From NCBI GenBank assembly GCA_965223545.1, contig OZ245006.1:2176001-2240000 (forward strand): 64,000 nt of DNA, given 5' to 3'. Of the stretch, positions 47,401-56,770 are shown one piece after another. This DNA comes from Planctomycetota bacterium. Lineage in GTDB: Bacteria; Planctomycetota; UBA1135; UBA2386. Numbering within the stretch: the stretch's first letter is position 1; each line of letters starts with the position of its first letter. The notes beneath the pieces were generated by a model that saw only the letters and a program-made list of their open reading frames with translations, searched no databases and was not told where the DNA came from. The translations under genes and the position numbers were made by a program.

Positions 47401-47871
47401 GCCGCCTTGCTGCCATGCGCGGATCAGCTCCGGACGGTAGGTCAGGTAGCGGTCGAACACCGACGCGACCCGGCGCGCCAGCTGGCTGCGCCGCACGCCG
47501 CGGACATCCTCACCGACATAGTGCCGCAACCGCGCGAACCTGCGGTCCGCCAGCAGGTCGCCGAGACTCGCGAGCACCGCCCAGTACAGCCGCGCGCGCC
47601 CGTGTCGATCCGGGTCCACGGCCACGCCGAGCACCGCTGCGGCGGTGCGCTCGACGAACCGCCGCGGGTACAGGAACTCACCGTTGGCAAAGCCGCCGTG
47701 ATGCTCGGCGAGCCGCATCGCCAACCAGGTCGCCATTCCCCGGCTCTGCACCACGACGCACTCCGGCGTGAACACCCCACCGGGTGGCGTCGCGGTGATC
47801 TCGGCCAGCTGGCGCACCAGCTCTTCGGCGCGATTGCTCGCGTGGACGTGGATCGCAGGAGGAACGGACAT
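44470..47871 (-). CDS. recC: Exodeoxyribonuclease V gamma subunit
   Basis: SNRAE, VVQSRGMATWL, CHGPMREVEVL, PMRSIPFRVVCMLGMND, DRYLFLEALLSAR and HPLQPFS. Confidence 0.95.
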   Translation of the reverse strand: MSVPPAIHVHASNRAEELVRQLAEITATPPGGVFTPECVVVQSRGMATWLAMRLAEHHGGFANGEFLYPRRFVERTAAAVLGVAVDPDRHGRARLYWAVLASLGDLLADRRFARLRHYVGEDVRGVRRSQLARRVASVFDRYLTYRPELIRAWQQGGEDTPGVSGRELAWQPPLWRAVVARLGSEHIAGQEPALEAALLGRGPLDGLPARVSVFGVSAVAPLFLRALLNLAHRTDVHLFQLAPTAEFWGDLLSPQQAARVLRAGSDPADLHVDLGHPLLASMGGVGAEFAAALMDGVEVARLDEQRHEAFVEPGSNGLLARLQGDLLHLRVPTAARPDRFEETKPRRRPRRAADHPLLPFADPKPQPIAVDPSDRSIRVHSCHGPMREVEVLRDQLLALLDTDPTLQPRDIVVMMADVEAYAPLVEAVFDREDRARIPMRIADRTVRSESPVVDAVLRVFAMVNGRAPVSEILDLLRLAPVHQRFRMAPAELDAVARWLSESAVRWGIDADHRVRHGHPRCDDNTWQRGLDRMLLGYAMPGDGSGMLGDVLPFDEIEGHDADLLGRLAEYAAVLFGWLERLARRRTVAEWVEAVNDLLVQMIGVDGDREAECHRIRDAMAMIAAEAADAGFGEPVDVAVLAGLLQPRLDEAHAERGFLGGGVTFCAFLPMRSIPFRVVCMLGMNDGAFPRQDRAVEFDLTVRGKRRPGDRSRRSDDRYLFLEALLSARDAVLITYTGQSIRDNRILPPSVVVAELLDAVCDAHGDPSLRRVLVVRHPLQPFSRAYFDGSQPELFSYEDSLLAGVEQGDAGEAAGVQLFTAPLAEEEPAAEIELDELVRFFRNPAAFLLNRALRVYLRDDTVQHSDEVPLELEPLETYSIGNRLLNHRLAGLPAAALLELERARGALPPGAAGMLAHEDVLRNAEEIVAAVQAAGGPGDGVHPVRLALPDGTRIVGMLPGVGPTGLVHCQFSRVSAKAELGAWIRHVVLCAVGPPGVAPRTSLVGRVPSGGRKDGDEQVVTRHFSAVEAPLERLLELVELYRMGQRAPLLLVPSTSLDLIHRMARGTELEPALRLVAGRWQRRGYDEQRYDEHTERVFGRSKPPFDDVVTVGPTFAEVACTVCGPMLHYTEERA

Positions 47872-47943
47872 CGGCGCCCGCGCGTTTTTGTACTACACGG
47901 ACTCACCGAGGCCCAACGCGACCCGACGCTGTTTGCGAGCGAC

Positions 47944-49953
47944 CTACTGGATGGTGAACGGCAAATACGGAGCGAGCACGAACGGAGTCGGCGCAGCCGG
48001 CAGCGCGATGCCGCCCCAAGCGAACAGCGGCAGCCCACGCAGGGCGGGATCGCTCGGCACCGGCAGGGTGATCCCGCCGCGGCCACTCGCATCCAGAGCA
48101 CCGATCGTAAGGACGACCGCGGACGCCGGCGGCAGCGGTGGCACACCCAGTGACAACAGCAAGAAGTACGCGCCGCCCGCGCGGGCGGTACCGGCGTCCA
48201 GATCCAACCGAGCGCTGGAGCCGATCACTGCGGGCGCGGCCAACGAGATCTGCGGCAACCACAGCATTCGATCGAGCGTGGCGTGCAACGCGACGAAGTC
48301 GTGCGTCTGGTTGTCGATGCTCTCATCGACCCAGACCGGTTGACGCGCCAGCGTCCAGACCACGTCCGAGGAGTTCATCCAGTGGCCGTTGACCTGGGCC
48401 ATCGGCGCGCCTCCTCCGCCACCGAACGCGGTCTCCACCGCGGCCGCGTTGAGGTCGATCGCGTGGAAGTTCTGCGGGTGGGTACCGGGCTCGTGGTCCA
48501 CCGCGGTCTGGCGGCGCACGTAGATCGCATCGACCTGCGGCATGAAGGAGAGCGCCTCGCGCTCCCCCCAGAACACGTCATCCGTCGGCACGACCGGCAC
48601 GAAGCCGCCACTCGCGGCGGCGGTCTCGGCCCGCGTCGCCGGCCCCTCGAAGTCGCGCAGCAGCGCAACCGCTGGACTGCCGGGATAGCGTGCCAGGCAG
48701 CCGGCGGCCATCGTCACTCCGTAGCCGTAGCTGGCCACGACGAGGCGTGAGGCATCGACCTCCGCCCGTGCCGCCACTGCCTGCAACACGGTCCGCAGAC
48801 CGTCCTGCTGGCGATGGCCGCCGTAGTCCTCGATCGTGTAGGTCCCGCCGTTGGTGCTGACCCCGCGGCCGTCGGGATCGAAACGCACCGCGACGAACCC
48901 CTGCGCGGCAAAGTAGCGGCACGCGTCGATGAACGGTGCGCCCGGGTCCAAACGGTCGGGCACGAACACGACGGCGGGGCGCCGATTGGCCGGCCCCGCG
49001 TCGACCGGGACGTAGACCGTGTAGGAGAGGTTGACGCCTGTGGTCGGATTCTGCACGAAGAGCTCGCGCACCAGGGTCGGAGCCGGCGGCGGATACTCCC
49101 AGACGACGTTGCCCGCCGGATCGATCTCGCGCAGCACTGACCCGCTGATCAAGAAGTTACCGCTCGACAAGAGGTCGACGTCGTAGACCCAGGAGCGCGT
49201 CGGCACGGTGGCTTGCACGACTCCCATCCGATCGACGACCAGAAGCCGGCCATTGAACGAGTCGGCGATCAACACATCGCCGTTCGGCATCGGATCGACG
49301 TCGCGCGGACTGTTCATCACCGCCGCGCCGGTCGGCGCGTAGCTCCACACGACCTGACCCGCCGGGTCGACCTCGATGATCCGGTTGTTGCCGGAATCCG
49401 CGATCAACGTGTTGCCGTTGGCGAGTCGGTTCGGGTTGTGCGGGTGGTTCATCAGCGGGTTGCTGCGAAGCGGCGGATACTTCCACACGACGTTGCCCAC
49501 GCGATCGATCTCCACGCAGCGGTGCTTGCCGAGCTCGGAGAACAAGATGTTGCCGTTGGCCAGCACCTTCGCGTCGTTGGGAAACTCGATGCGCGTCCCG
49601 TCGGACAGCGGCACGACCGTATCGCTGTCCCAGAGGATGCGTCCGTCGGGCGCGACCTCGATGATCCGGTTGCGCGAGAAGTCGGTGATCAGCGCATCCC
49701 ACCCCGTCGTCGGCTGGGCGCTGTGCGCGCCACGTGTCGAGACCGGCCAGAAGTGCACCAGTTTCCGACTTGGGTCGAGCACGAAGCACATCGACTCGTC
49801 GTTTCCCGAGGTCCAGTTGTTGACGCTGGTGACCACGGTGTAGCCCCCGGGCATCGGCACAACCTCGTGGTTGGACCGACCGATCGTCTGGGCAGACACC
49901 GAAGCCGTGCATGAGATCGCGGCAAGCGCGACGCTCCTAAAAACGTGCCGCAT
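47944..49953 (-). CDS. Secreted protein: arylsulfotransferase/NHL-like beta-propeller, alpha/beta-hydrolase-like domain and shared C-terminal domain
   Basis: Signal peptide ending VSAQ. Repeats LANGNTLIADSGNNRIIEVD..VVW, then GFVAVRFDPDGRGVS and SYGYG. Confidence 0.78.
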   Translation of the reverse strand: MRHVFRSVALAAISCTASVSAQTIGRSNHEVVPMPGGYTVVTSVNNWTSGNDESMCFVLDPSRKLVHFWPVSTRGAHSAQPTTGWDALITDFSRNRIIEVAPDGRILWDSDTVVPLSDGTRIEFPNDAKVLANGNILFSELGKHRCVEIDRVGNVVWKYPPLRSNPLMNHPHNPNRLANGNTLIADSGNNRIIEVDPAGQVVWSYAPTGAAVMNSPRDVDPMPNGDVLIADSFNGRLLVVDRMGVVQATVPTRSWVYDVDLLSSGNFLISGSVLREIDPAGNVVWEYPPPAPTLVRELFVQNPTTGVNLSYTVYVPVDAGPANRRPAVVFVPDRLDPGAPFIDACRYFAAQGFVAVRFDPDGRGVSTNGGTYTIEDYGGHRQQDGLRTVLQAVAARAEVDASRLVVASYGYGVTMAAGCLARYPGSPAVALLRDFEGPATRAETAAASGGFVPVVPTDDVFWGEREALSFMPQVDAIYVRRQTAVDHEPGTHPQNFHAIDLNAAAVETAFGGGGGAPMAQVNGHWMNSSDVVWTLARQPVWVDESIDNQTHDFVALHATLDRMLWLPQISLAAPAVIGSSARLDLDAGTARAGGAYFLLLSLGVPPLPPASAVVLTIGALDASGRGGITLPVPSDPALRGLPLFAWGGIALPAAPTPFVLAPYLPFTIQ

Positions 49954-50108
49954 CTGATTAATGGTAGTTGGGGGGGTGAGGTCGTCAACGCCCCCCGGTT
50001 GCCCCTCCGGACCACCGCCCGTGCCGGCCTGATAGCAGTGCCGCAAGTTCTCCCCGACCCTTCGCTTGCATCCGTACCCACAACCACCGGCGGGTAGCAT
50101 GGCGCGGC

Positions 50109-50909
50109 ATGCGCATCGCCTTGATCCAACAGCGGGTGGACGCCGACAAAGCGACCTGTTTGCGCCGCGGCATCGAGAGCGTTCGCGCCGCCGCGCGCGG
50201 CGGCGCCCGGCTCGCCGCCTTTGCCGAGCTCGCCTTCGAGCCGTTCTTCCCCTGCCGCAAGCGGGGCGACCGAGCCCGACCGCCGGCCGAGACCATTCCG
50301 GGGCCGACCACCGATGCGCTCGCCGCCGTGGCACGCGAGCACGGCGTCGTCCTCATCGCCAATCTGTACGAGAGTGACGGCGAACGTCGTTTCGACAGCT
50401 CACCGGTGATCGACGCCGACGGCAGCCTGCTCGGCGTGCAACGCATGCTGCACATCACCGACTACGAGCACTTCCGCGAGCAGGACTACTACGATCCCGG
50501 CGACCTCGGCGCGCCCGTCCTCGACACCGCCGCGGGCAAAGTCGGGGTCGCCATCTGCTACGACCGGCACTATCCCGAAGTCATGCGACGCCTCGGCCTG
50601 GACGGTGCCGAGCTCGTCGTCGTGCCACAGGCCGGCACCGTCGGCGAGTGGCCGGACGGACTCTACGAAGCCGAGCTCCGCGTGGCCTCGTTCCAGAACG
50701 GCTACTTCACCGCGCTGTGCAACCGAGTGGGCGCGGAGGGCGAGATGCGTTTTGCGGGAGAGTCGTTCGCGTGCGATCCCGAGGGCCGCGTCATCGCCCG
50801 GGCGCCGCGCGACGAGGACCACGTTCTCATGGTCGATCTCGATATGACCATGGTGCCCCGGTCGACCGCGCGCCGGCTGTTCCTGGCACACCGGCGCGAA
50901 GGCTGGTGA
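50109..50909 (+). CDS. Carbon-nitrogen hydrolase (nitrilase superfamily, N-carbamoylputrescine amidase-like)
   Basis: FAELAF, AICYDRHYPE, NRVG.E and FAGESF..DP.G. Confidence 0.88.
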   Translation: MRIALIQQRVDADKATCLRRGIESVRAAARGGARLAAFAELAFEPFFPCRKRGDRARPPAETIPGPTTDALAAVAREHGVVLIANLYESDGERRFDSSPVIDADGSLLGVQRMLHITDYEHFREQDYYDPGDLGAPVLDTAAGKVGVAICYDRHYPEVMRRLGLDGAELVVVPQAGTVGEWPDGLYEAELRVASFQNGYFTALCNRVGAEGEMRFAGESFACDPEGRVIARAPRDEDHVLMVDLDMTMVPRSTARRLFLAHRREGW

Positions 50910-50927
50910 GCGGCGCCCCGTGGGGCG

Positions 50928-52667
50928 CTACGCCGGGCGCGCCGTAGACCGCTCGGCCAACAGCGCGACGAGAGTGCCGGTCACCAGGACGCCCACGCAG
51001 CCGATCACGTTGTACCAGAGGAACTCGATGCGCAGCGTCCAGTGCACGGCCATCACCGCGGCCAGACCGCCGAACAGACCGTACAAGCCGGCGCGCGGGC
51101 CAGCGCGCGGACAAATCAGCGCGAGCACGAAGACGCCGAGCAGCGAGCCGTAGAAGAACGAGCCGATCTTGTTGATCTGCTCGACGATGGACCCACCACC
51201 GGTCATCTGCAGCGCGGTGACCGTCGCCGCGATTCCCCAGAGCAGAGTGACGACACGGCTGGCGCGCAGCGCCTGCTGCTCGGAGCAGTCCGGCCGCAGC
51301 CAACGCCGATAGAAGTCGACGACCGTGGCCGCGGTCAGCGAGTTGAGGGTCGAGTCCGCGCTCGACATGGCCGCCGCGAAGATCGCCGCGATGATCAGCC
51401 CGAGCAGCACGACGGGGACGTGCTGCAGAACGAAGTGCGGGAAGACGTAGTTGGTGTCGCGATCCGGCTTGTCCTGCCCCGCGGGCTTGAGCTCCTCCAG
51501 CGCCGCGGTGCGCAAGGCGCGCGCGTCCCGCACGCTCTCGCGATAGCGCTCGAGCAGGGCTGGATCGCCGCGCGGCCCCTCCGGCAGGGCCGCCAGCTGC
51601 TGCACCATCGCCGCGCGCTCACGCTGCAAGTCCGCGTGCTGCTGTTCGAGCTGGCGCACCGCAGCACTCTGCGCGGCCGCCTCGCGGTGCTCGGGGTTGA
51701 ACAGGAGCGGCCCGCCGAACAAGGCGTAGAACAGGTAGAGCAGAACGCCGATGAACAGTACCAGCAGCTGCATCGGCACCTTGGCAAAGGCCGACATCAG
51801 CAGCGCCAGACGGCTCTGGTGCGCGGTCGGATTGGTCAGGATGCGCTGCACCTGACTCTGATCGCAACCGAAGTAGCTGAGGTGCAAGAACAGGCCGCCA
51901 ATCAGGCCGGACCAGACGTTGTACTTCTCCTCCCAGAAGCTCTTGGGGCCGCTGTCGTCCCCCGCGAGCCGCGGGATCATCTCGGTGCTGGCCGGCTCGA
52001 CCTCCAACGCGTTGAGCGCACCGGTCGCACCGAGCACCGAGAACATGCCGCCAAACGAAACGACCGACAGCACCTGGTAGAGAAGGATGCCCAGGCAGAG
52101 CAACAGCCCGCCAATGATCACCGTCATCTGCTTGACGTCGGTCCAGATCACGGCGTTGACCCCGCCGACCAGCGTGTAGCCGGTGGTCAACACACCGATG
52201 GCGACGACGGTGAACGAGATCGGCAGCTCCAGCATCGCGGACAAGACGACGGCGGGAGCGAAGATGACGATGCTGAACTGCATGCAGCGCGACGCGAGAA
52301 ACACCGCGCTGGCGGCGGCGCGCGTCGCCGGGCCGAAGCGCCGCTCGAGGAACTCGTACGCGGTGAGTACCGGGTTCTTGCGATACAGCGGCACGAAGAA
52401 CGCGCACAGGATCACCATCGCGAACGGCAGACCGAAGTAGATCTGCACGAAGTCCATGCCGTGGTCGTGCCCCTGGCCAGTGGTGCCGATCACCGTGATC
52501 GCCGAGGCCTGGGTCGCCATGACCGACAGCCCCGCCGCCCACCAGGGGATCGCGCGGTTGCCGGCGAAGTACCCCTCCAAGTCGCGCGCGCCCCGCGACC
52601 GGCGCATGCCGTCCCCGATCACGTAGCCGAGAAAGGCGAAGAACACGACCCAGTCGATCCAGCTCAC
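50928..52667 (-). CDS. Sodium:solute symporter
   Basis: SVMATQASAIT, YEFLERRF, AVIWTD, DQSQVQR and AAAMSS. Confidence 0.93.
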   Translation of the reverse strand: MSWIDWVVFFAFLGYVIGDGMRRSRGARDLEGYFAGNRAIPWWAAGLSVMATQASAITVIGTTGQGHDHGMDFVQIYFGLPFAMVILCAFFVPLYRKNPVLTAYEFLERRFGPATRAAASAVFLASRCMQFSIVIFAPAVVLSAMLELPISFTVVAIGVLTTGYTLVGGVNAVIWTDVKQMTVIIGGLLLCLGILLYQVLSVVSFGGMFSVLGATGALNALEVEPASTEMIPRLAGDDSGPKSFWEEKYNVWSGLIGGLFLHLSYFGCDQSQVQRILTNPTAHQSRLALLMSAFAKVPMQLLVLFIGVLLYLFYALFGGPLLFNPEHREAAAQSAAVRQLEQQHADLQRERAAMVQQLAALPEGPRGDPALLERYRESVRDARALRTAALEELKPAGQDKPDRDTNYVFPHFVLQHVPVVLLGLIIAAIFAAAMSSADSTLNSLTAATVVDFYRRWLRPDCSEQQALRASRVVTLLWGIAATVTALQMTGGGSIVEQINKIGSFFYGSLLGVFVLALICPRAGPRAGLYGLFGGLAAVMAVHWTLRIEFLWYNVIGCVGVLVTGTLVALLAERSTARPA

Positions 52668-52801
52668 GGCGGTCCCCCGTAGTCGTAGGTCTCGGTGAAC
52701 CAGTACAGCAGCAGCATGATGCCGACGGCGATCGCGATCACGACCGCGTACAGCCGCGCCCAGGATCCGAGCGGGGGCGGGGGTTCGACGGGCGAGGCCA
52801 T
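52664..52801 (-). CDS. Small single-TM membrane protein coupled to the symporter
   Basis: 45 aa, PPPLGSWARLYAVVIAIAVGIMLLLYWFT. Stop overlaps the symporter GTG. Confidence 0.7.
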   Translation of the reverse strand: MASPVEPPPPLGSWARLYAVVIAIAVGIMLLLYWFTETYDYGGPP

Positions 52802-52838
52802 GGGGTGCAAGCGGCGAGCAGGAGCGCGGTGCGTGTCG

Positions 52839-53915
52839 TCACTCCGCCGGTGCATCGGCGGCGGCCACACGGCGGCGGCGAAGGTAGACGATCACGACGA
52901 CTGCCGCGACGATGAGGACGAAGACCACGTCGAAGCGATCCGACCAGTTGCGCGCCGAGCGGCCGCGGCCACGGACCTCGGCCGCCCAGCGCTCGATCCA
53001 GCCGGGCTCCAGGGCGGCCAGTGAGTAGGGCCACCGGCGCACCGCCAACGTCTCGGCCACCGTTGCGCCAGCGCCGGCCAGCGGCGCGCGCGGGCCGGAA
53101 GGCAGAATGCCGTGCACCGCCAACCGTTCGGTCACCACCGGCGACAAGAGCGCGCGCACCACGGCGCGCGCCTCCGCACGGTGACCGGCCACGAGCCCCA
53201 ACGCAGCGCCACTGACCGGCGCGCCTTCGACCGGCACGACCAACCGCGGGTCGGCGAGCCAGGCGGGCCCGACCACCGGCAGCAGGGCGATGCGGACGGC
53301 ACCGGAATCCAGAGCGCGCGCGGCTTCGGTCGGCGATGCGGCGTAGAGAGCCACTCCGGCGTCGAAGGCCTGCAACCACGCCGACACCGCCGCCGTCGGC
53401 GCGCCCTGCGAACGCCGCCACCCCACCAGCGCCAACCACAGATCGGGACAGGCCGGCGCCGCGCACACCGCTGCCGCGGCGTCGAAGCTCCGATCGAACG
53501 CCAGTGCCTCGAGGCCCGCCGGCCCGGCGCCGCCACCGGCCGGTTCGCCCGCCGAGAACAGCGCCCAGGGCACCACCCAGGGGACGGCGAATCTCCCGGC
53601 CTCGTCGACCGCCGCCGGCGCCAGCCCAGCCACCCACTCGGCGTCGAGCGGCGACAGTGCCCCCGTCTCCGCGAGCCGGCGGATGTGCCAACCATCTCCG
53701 CCCAACCACAAGTCGACGCCGGCCAGACCGTCGTCGATGGCAGCACTCCCCCGCCGCTCGACGACGACCGGCACGCCACACAGCGCGAGCTCCGCGGCCA
53801 GCACGTCGTTGACGACCGCTGGCCCGGCCAACTGCACCCGCACTTGAGCCAAAGGACCGGACCACGCACCGGCCAGCGCTGCGAGGGTCGCGATGGCGGC
53901 GAGACGGAGTTTCAC
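52839..53915 (-). CDS. Solute-binding-protein-like protein with a C-terminal TM anchor
   Basis: Signal peptide, DLWLGG..LAETGALSP, VVPVEGAPV..ALGLV..ARAVVRALLS (Fe/polyamine-type SBP pattern), C-terminal TM followed by RRRR. Confidence 0.6.
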   Translation of the reverse strand: MKLRLAAIATLAALAGAWSGPLAQVRVQLAGPAVVNDVLAAELALCGVPVVVERRGSAAIDDGLAGVDLWLGGDGWHIRRLAETGALSPLDAEWVAGLAPAAVDEAGRFAVPWVVPWALFSAGEPAGGGAGPAGLEALAFDRSFDAAAAVCAAPACPDLWLALVGWRRSQGAPTAAVSAWLQAFDAGVALYAASPTEAARALDSGAVRIALLPVVGPAWLADPRLVVPVEGAPVSGAALGLVAGHRAEARAVVRALLSPVVTERLAVHGILPSGPRAPLAGAGATVAETLAVRRWPYSLAALEPGWIERWAAEVRGRGRSARNWSDRFDVVFVLIVAAVVVIVYLRRRRVAAADAPAE

Positions 53916-55105
53916 AGGTCGACCCGGACGAACCAGCGGATGGTCAGGTAGGCGAACACCATCGTCGCCGCTGCCACCATCGCCCAGGTGTGGAACCCAT
54001 GCGCTGCGTACACCGCGCTGCCCTGCCACATGAACACCGCGCCACCCAAGTTGACTGCGGCAGCCCGCAACCCCATGAGAGTGCCGCGCATCCGCGGCTC
54101 GACGATCTCCGACATCAGCGCTTGCAGCGACGGCGTGCGGGCGGCGCCGAGCAGGCTGAGCGGAAGGCCGACAGCGACCAAACCGACCATGCCGTCGACG
54201 CGGGCCAAGAACGCCAGACACACCGCGACACCGGCCGTCGTCAGCAGCACCGTGTTGCGCTTGCCGGCGCGATCGGCGAAACGCGGCAGCACCAGACTGC
54301 CGGCGGCGGTGAACAGGCCGAGCCCAACCCAGACGATCCACTGGCGATCGCGCACCAGCAACGCGGACTCGTCGAGCCAATCGGCGGCCAGCTGCACCGT
54401 AGTGAAGAACGCGCCCGTGTACAGCAACACCGAAGCCAGCGCCGCGGCGGCGCCGGGTTGGGTCAAGACTTGCAGCTGCGACACGCGCGTGCGACTGCGC
54501 CCCAGGCCGGCCGGCAACAGCGCGAGGTAGCCGGCGACCGCCAACACGGCCGGCACCGCCAAGCCGACGAAGACGAACCGCCACGCGTCTCCCCCGGTGC
54601 GCGCGATCAGGATCGCCAACGGCAAGCCGACCGGCGTCGCCAAGAACAAGCCCATGGAGAACACTCCCATGGCGGCCGCGCGCCGCTCGAACGGCACCAG
54701 ATCGGCGACCGCCGCCGAGGCACTGGTGAACGCGAGACCACCGCCGAAGCCGGCGATCGCCCGCGCCGCCAACAGCAACCGGTGATCGCCGGGAATGCCG
54801 TGCATGGCGAGCCCGATCGCGGTCAGCAGCCCGCCGACGACCATCGGCCCCCGGCGCCCGGCGGCGTCGATCCACGGCCCCAACAGCAGCGCGGCCAGCG
54901 CGCCGGCCCCGCTCGCCACCCAGACCAGCTGCCCGATCGTGGTCTTGGCCACTTCGGGCGCGAGCTGCGAGTACAGCGAGTCCTCGCGCAGGAAGGGAAT
55001 CAGCGCCCCGACGACGCTGACGTTGACCGTGACCACGAAGGCGCCGAACGCCAGCGCGATCACCGCCAGCCGCTCGCGGGACCGGTTCAGCACGACCTCG
55101 GTCAT
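53912..55105 (-). CDS. MFS transporter
   Basis: About 12 hydrophobic segments, GPWIDAAGRR, ARAIAGFGGG and ADRAGKR. Confidence 0.9.
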   Translation of the reverse strand: MTEVVLNRSRERLAVIALAFGAFVVTVNVSVVGALIPFLREDSLYSQLAPEVAKTTIGQLVWVASGAGALAALLLGPWIDAAGRRGPMVVGGLLTAIGLAMHGIPGDHRLLLAARAIAGFGGGLAFTSASAAVADLVPFERRAAAMGVFSMGLFLATPVGLPLAILIARTGGDAWRFVFVGLAVPAVLAVAGYLALLPAGLGRSRTRVSQLQVLTQPGAAAALASVLLYTGAFFTTVQLAADWLDESALLVRDRQWIVWVGLGLFTAAGSLVLPRFADRAGKRNTVLLTTAGVAVCLAFLARVDGMVGLVAVGLPLSLLGAARTPSLQALMSEIVEPRMRGTLMGLRAAAVNLGGAVFMWQGSAVYAAHGFHTWAMVAAATMVFAYLTIRWFVRVDL

Positions 55106-55401
55106 GCCCGGCCTCGACGCCGGCCGCGGCGAGACCAGCGCCACACAGAATCGGACCTCGCCGTCATCGCGACACTGGAGCGCGCGGCGCCGCGGATTGC
55201 AAAGCCGGCACTCCCGCCGACCGGCCGGGCAAAAGGTCGCGCCGCGCCGCAGTCGAGATAGACTTCGGGGCCCGTCGCCCCGGCAAGACCAGTGATGCCC
55301 TCGAAGTCGACTCCCTCGGCCCCGCACCACGGCGGGCGCCCCCACCGCCGCGCGTCGGCCGGCGCGCCGCCGCGCCAGTCGGTCACGACGGTCCGCGCCT
55401 C

Positions 55402-56745
55402 ATGAAGATCGCCATTCTCGGTGCCGGCATCTCGGGCACGACCGCAGCGCGCTTGCTGGCCGGCGACGGCCACCGCGTCGTCGTCCTCGAGAGCTCGGAC
55501 CGCGCCGGCGGTCTGTGCAAGTCGCGCGTGACCGAGGGCTTCACCTTCGACGAGGCCGGCGGTCACATCCTGTTCAGCAAGAACCGCGAGGTGCTCGACT
55601 GGCAGCTGGCGCGCTGCGGCGGCGAGCAGGGCGTGGTGCGCACCGAACGGCAGACGCGCATCCGGTGGCGCGACCGCTACGTGCCGTACCCGTTCGAGAA
55701 CGGTGTCGGTCACCTGCCCAAGGAGATCATCGTCGATTGCATGGAGGGGTACATCGAAGCCCACGTGCAGCGACGGCTCGGGGTATCGTGCCCCGCGAAC
55801 TTCCGCGACTGGATCGATTGGCGGATGGGCGCCGGCTTCGCCCGCGAGTTCATGGTGCCCTACAACGAGAAGATCTGGTCGTGCGACCTGCGCAGCATGT
55901 CGAGCGGCTGGGTCGCGGGCCGCGTGCCCGAAGCGCCGGTGCGCGACATCCTCAGCGCCGCGGTCGGCGTCGACACCGAGGGCTACACGCACCAGTCGAT
56001 CTTCTACTTTCCGCGGCGCGGCGGCTTCGAGGCGATGGTGCACGGCACGGTCGAAGGTGGCGGATTCGAGCTGCGCCTGCGCACTCCGGCCGAGCGGGTC
56101 ACGCGCACCGCCGAGGGTTTTGTGGTCAACGACGAGGCCTTCGACCTGGTGATCAACACCGTGCCGCTGCCCGCGATCGAGCCGGCGTTCGCCGATATCC
56201 CGGACGCCGTGCGCGCCGACATCCAGGCGCTCCGACCGATCAGCCTGGTCAACGTGCTGTTCGGCGTCGAGGTGGACGAGCCGCCGGAGCCGCTGTCCTG
56301 GGTGTATCTCCCCTTCCCCGAGCAGGGACCGGCCAACCGGGTCACCTTCTTCAGCAACTATTCTCCTGAGAATGCACCACCCGGCCACGCATCCTTCATG
56401 GCCGAGGTCACCCACCGGGGCGAGCTGCAGCCAACGCCGGAGTGGATCGCGGCGCTGGGGAAGAGCTTGGGGCAGGCAGGCCTGTTCGACGCGTCGCGGG
56501 TGGTCGTCACCGATTGGGCCGCCAGCGAGTTCGCCTACATCGACCAGGACCTCGCCTTCGAAGAGCGCGTCGGCCGCGTCCGCAAGTGGTTTGACAGCTC
56601 GGGTTACATCACGTTCGGTCGATTTGGCCGCTACGAGTACCACAACTCGGACCAGTGCATCGCCCGCGCGATGGAGGTCCACCGGCACGTGCAGGACATC
56701 GCCGCCACGGGGGATCCGGCGCGGCCGGTGTTCGCCTCGCCCTGA
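55402..56745 (+). CDS. FAD-dependent oxidoreductase (UDP-galactopyranose mutase/protoporphyrinogen oxidase-like)
   Basis: ILGAGISG, GFTFDEAGGH, PYNEKIW and GRFGRYEYHNSD. Confidence 0.85.
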   Translation: MKIAILGAGISGTTAARLLAGDGHRVVVLESSDRAGGLCKSRVTEGFTFDEAGGHILFSKNREVLDWQLARCGGEQGVVRTERQTRIRWRDRYVPYPFENGVGHLPKEIIVDCMEGYIEAHVQRRLGVSCPANFRDWIDWRMGAGFAREFMVPYNEKIWSCDLRSMSSGWVAGRVPEAPVRDILSAAVGVDTEGYTHQSIFYFPRRGGFEAMVHGTVEGGGFELRLRTPAERVTRTAEGFVVNDEAFDLVINTVPLPAIEPAFADIPDAVRADIQALRPISLVNVLFGVEVDEPPEPLSWVYLPFPEQGPANRVTFFSNYSPENAPPGHASFMAEVTHRGELQPTPEWIAALGKSLGQAGLFDASRVVVTDWAASEFAYIDQDLAFEERVGRVRKWFDSSGYITFGRFGRYEYHNSDQCIARAMEVHRHVQDIAATGDPARPVFASP

Positions 56746-56770
56746 CGGCGCCACTTTTTTTGGCCGTGCA

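Noticed and set aside
49970..49996. G7...C6 hairpin upstream of the 47944 gene as a phase-variable promoter tract
   Set aside because: The tract is short and is explained equally well by a simple stem-loop; there is no supporting evidence.
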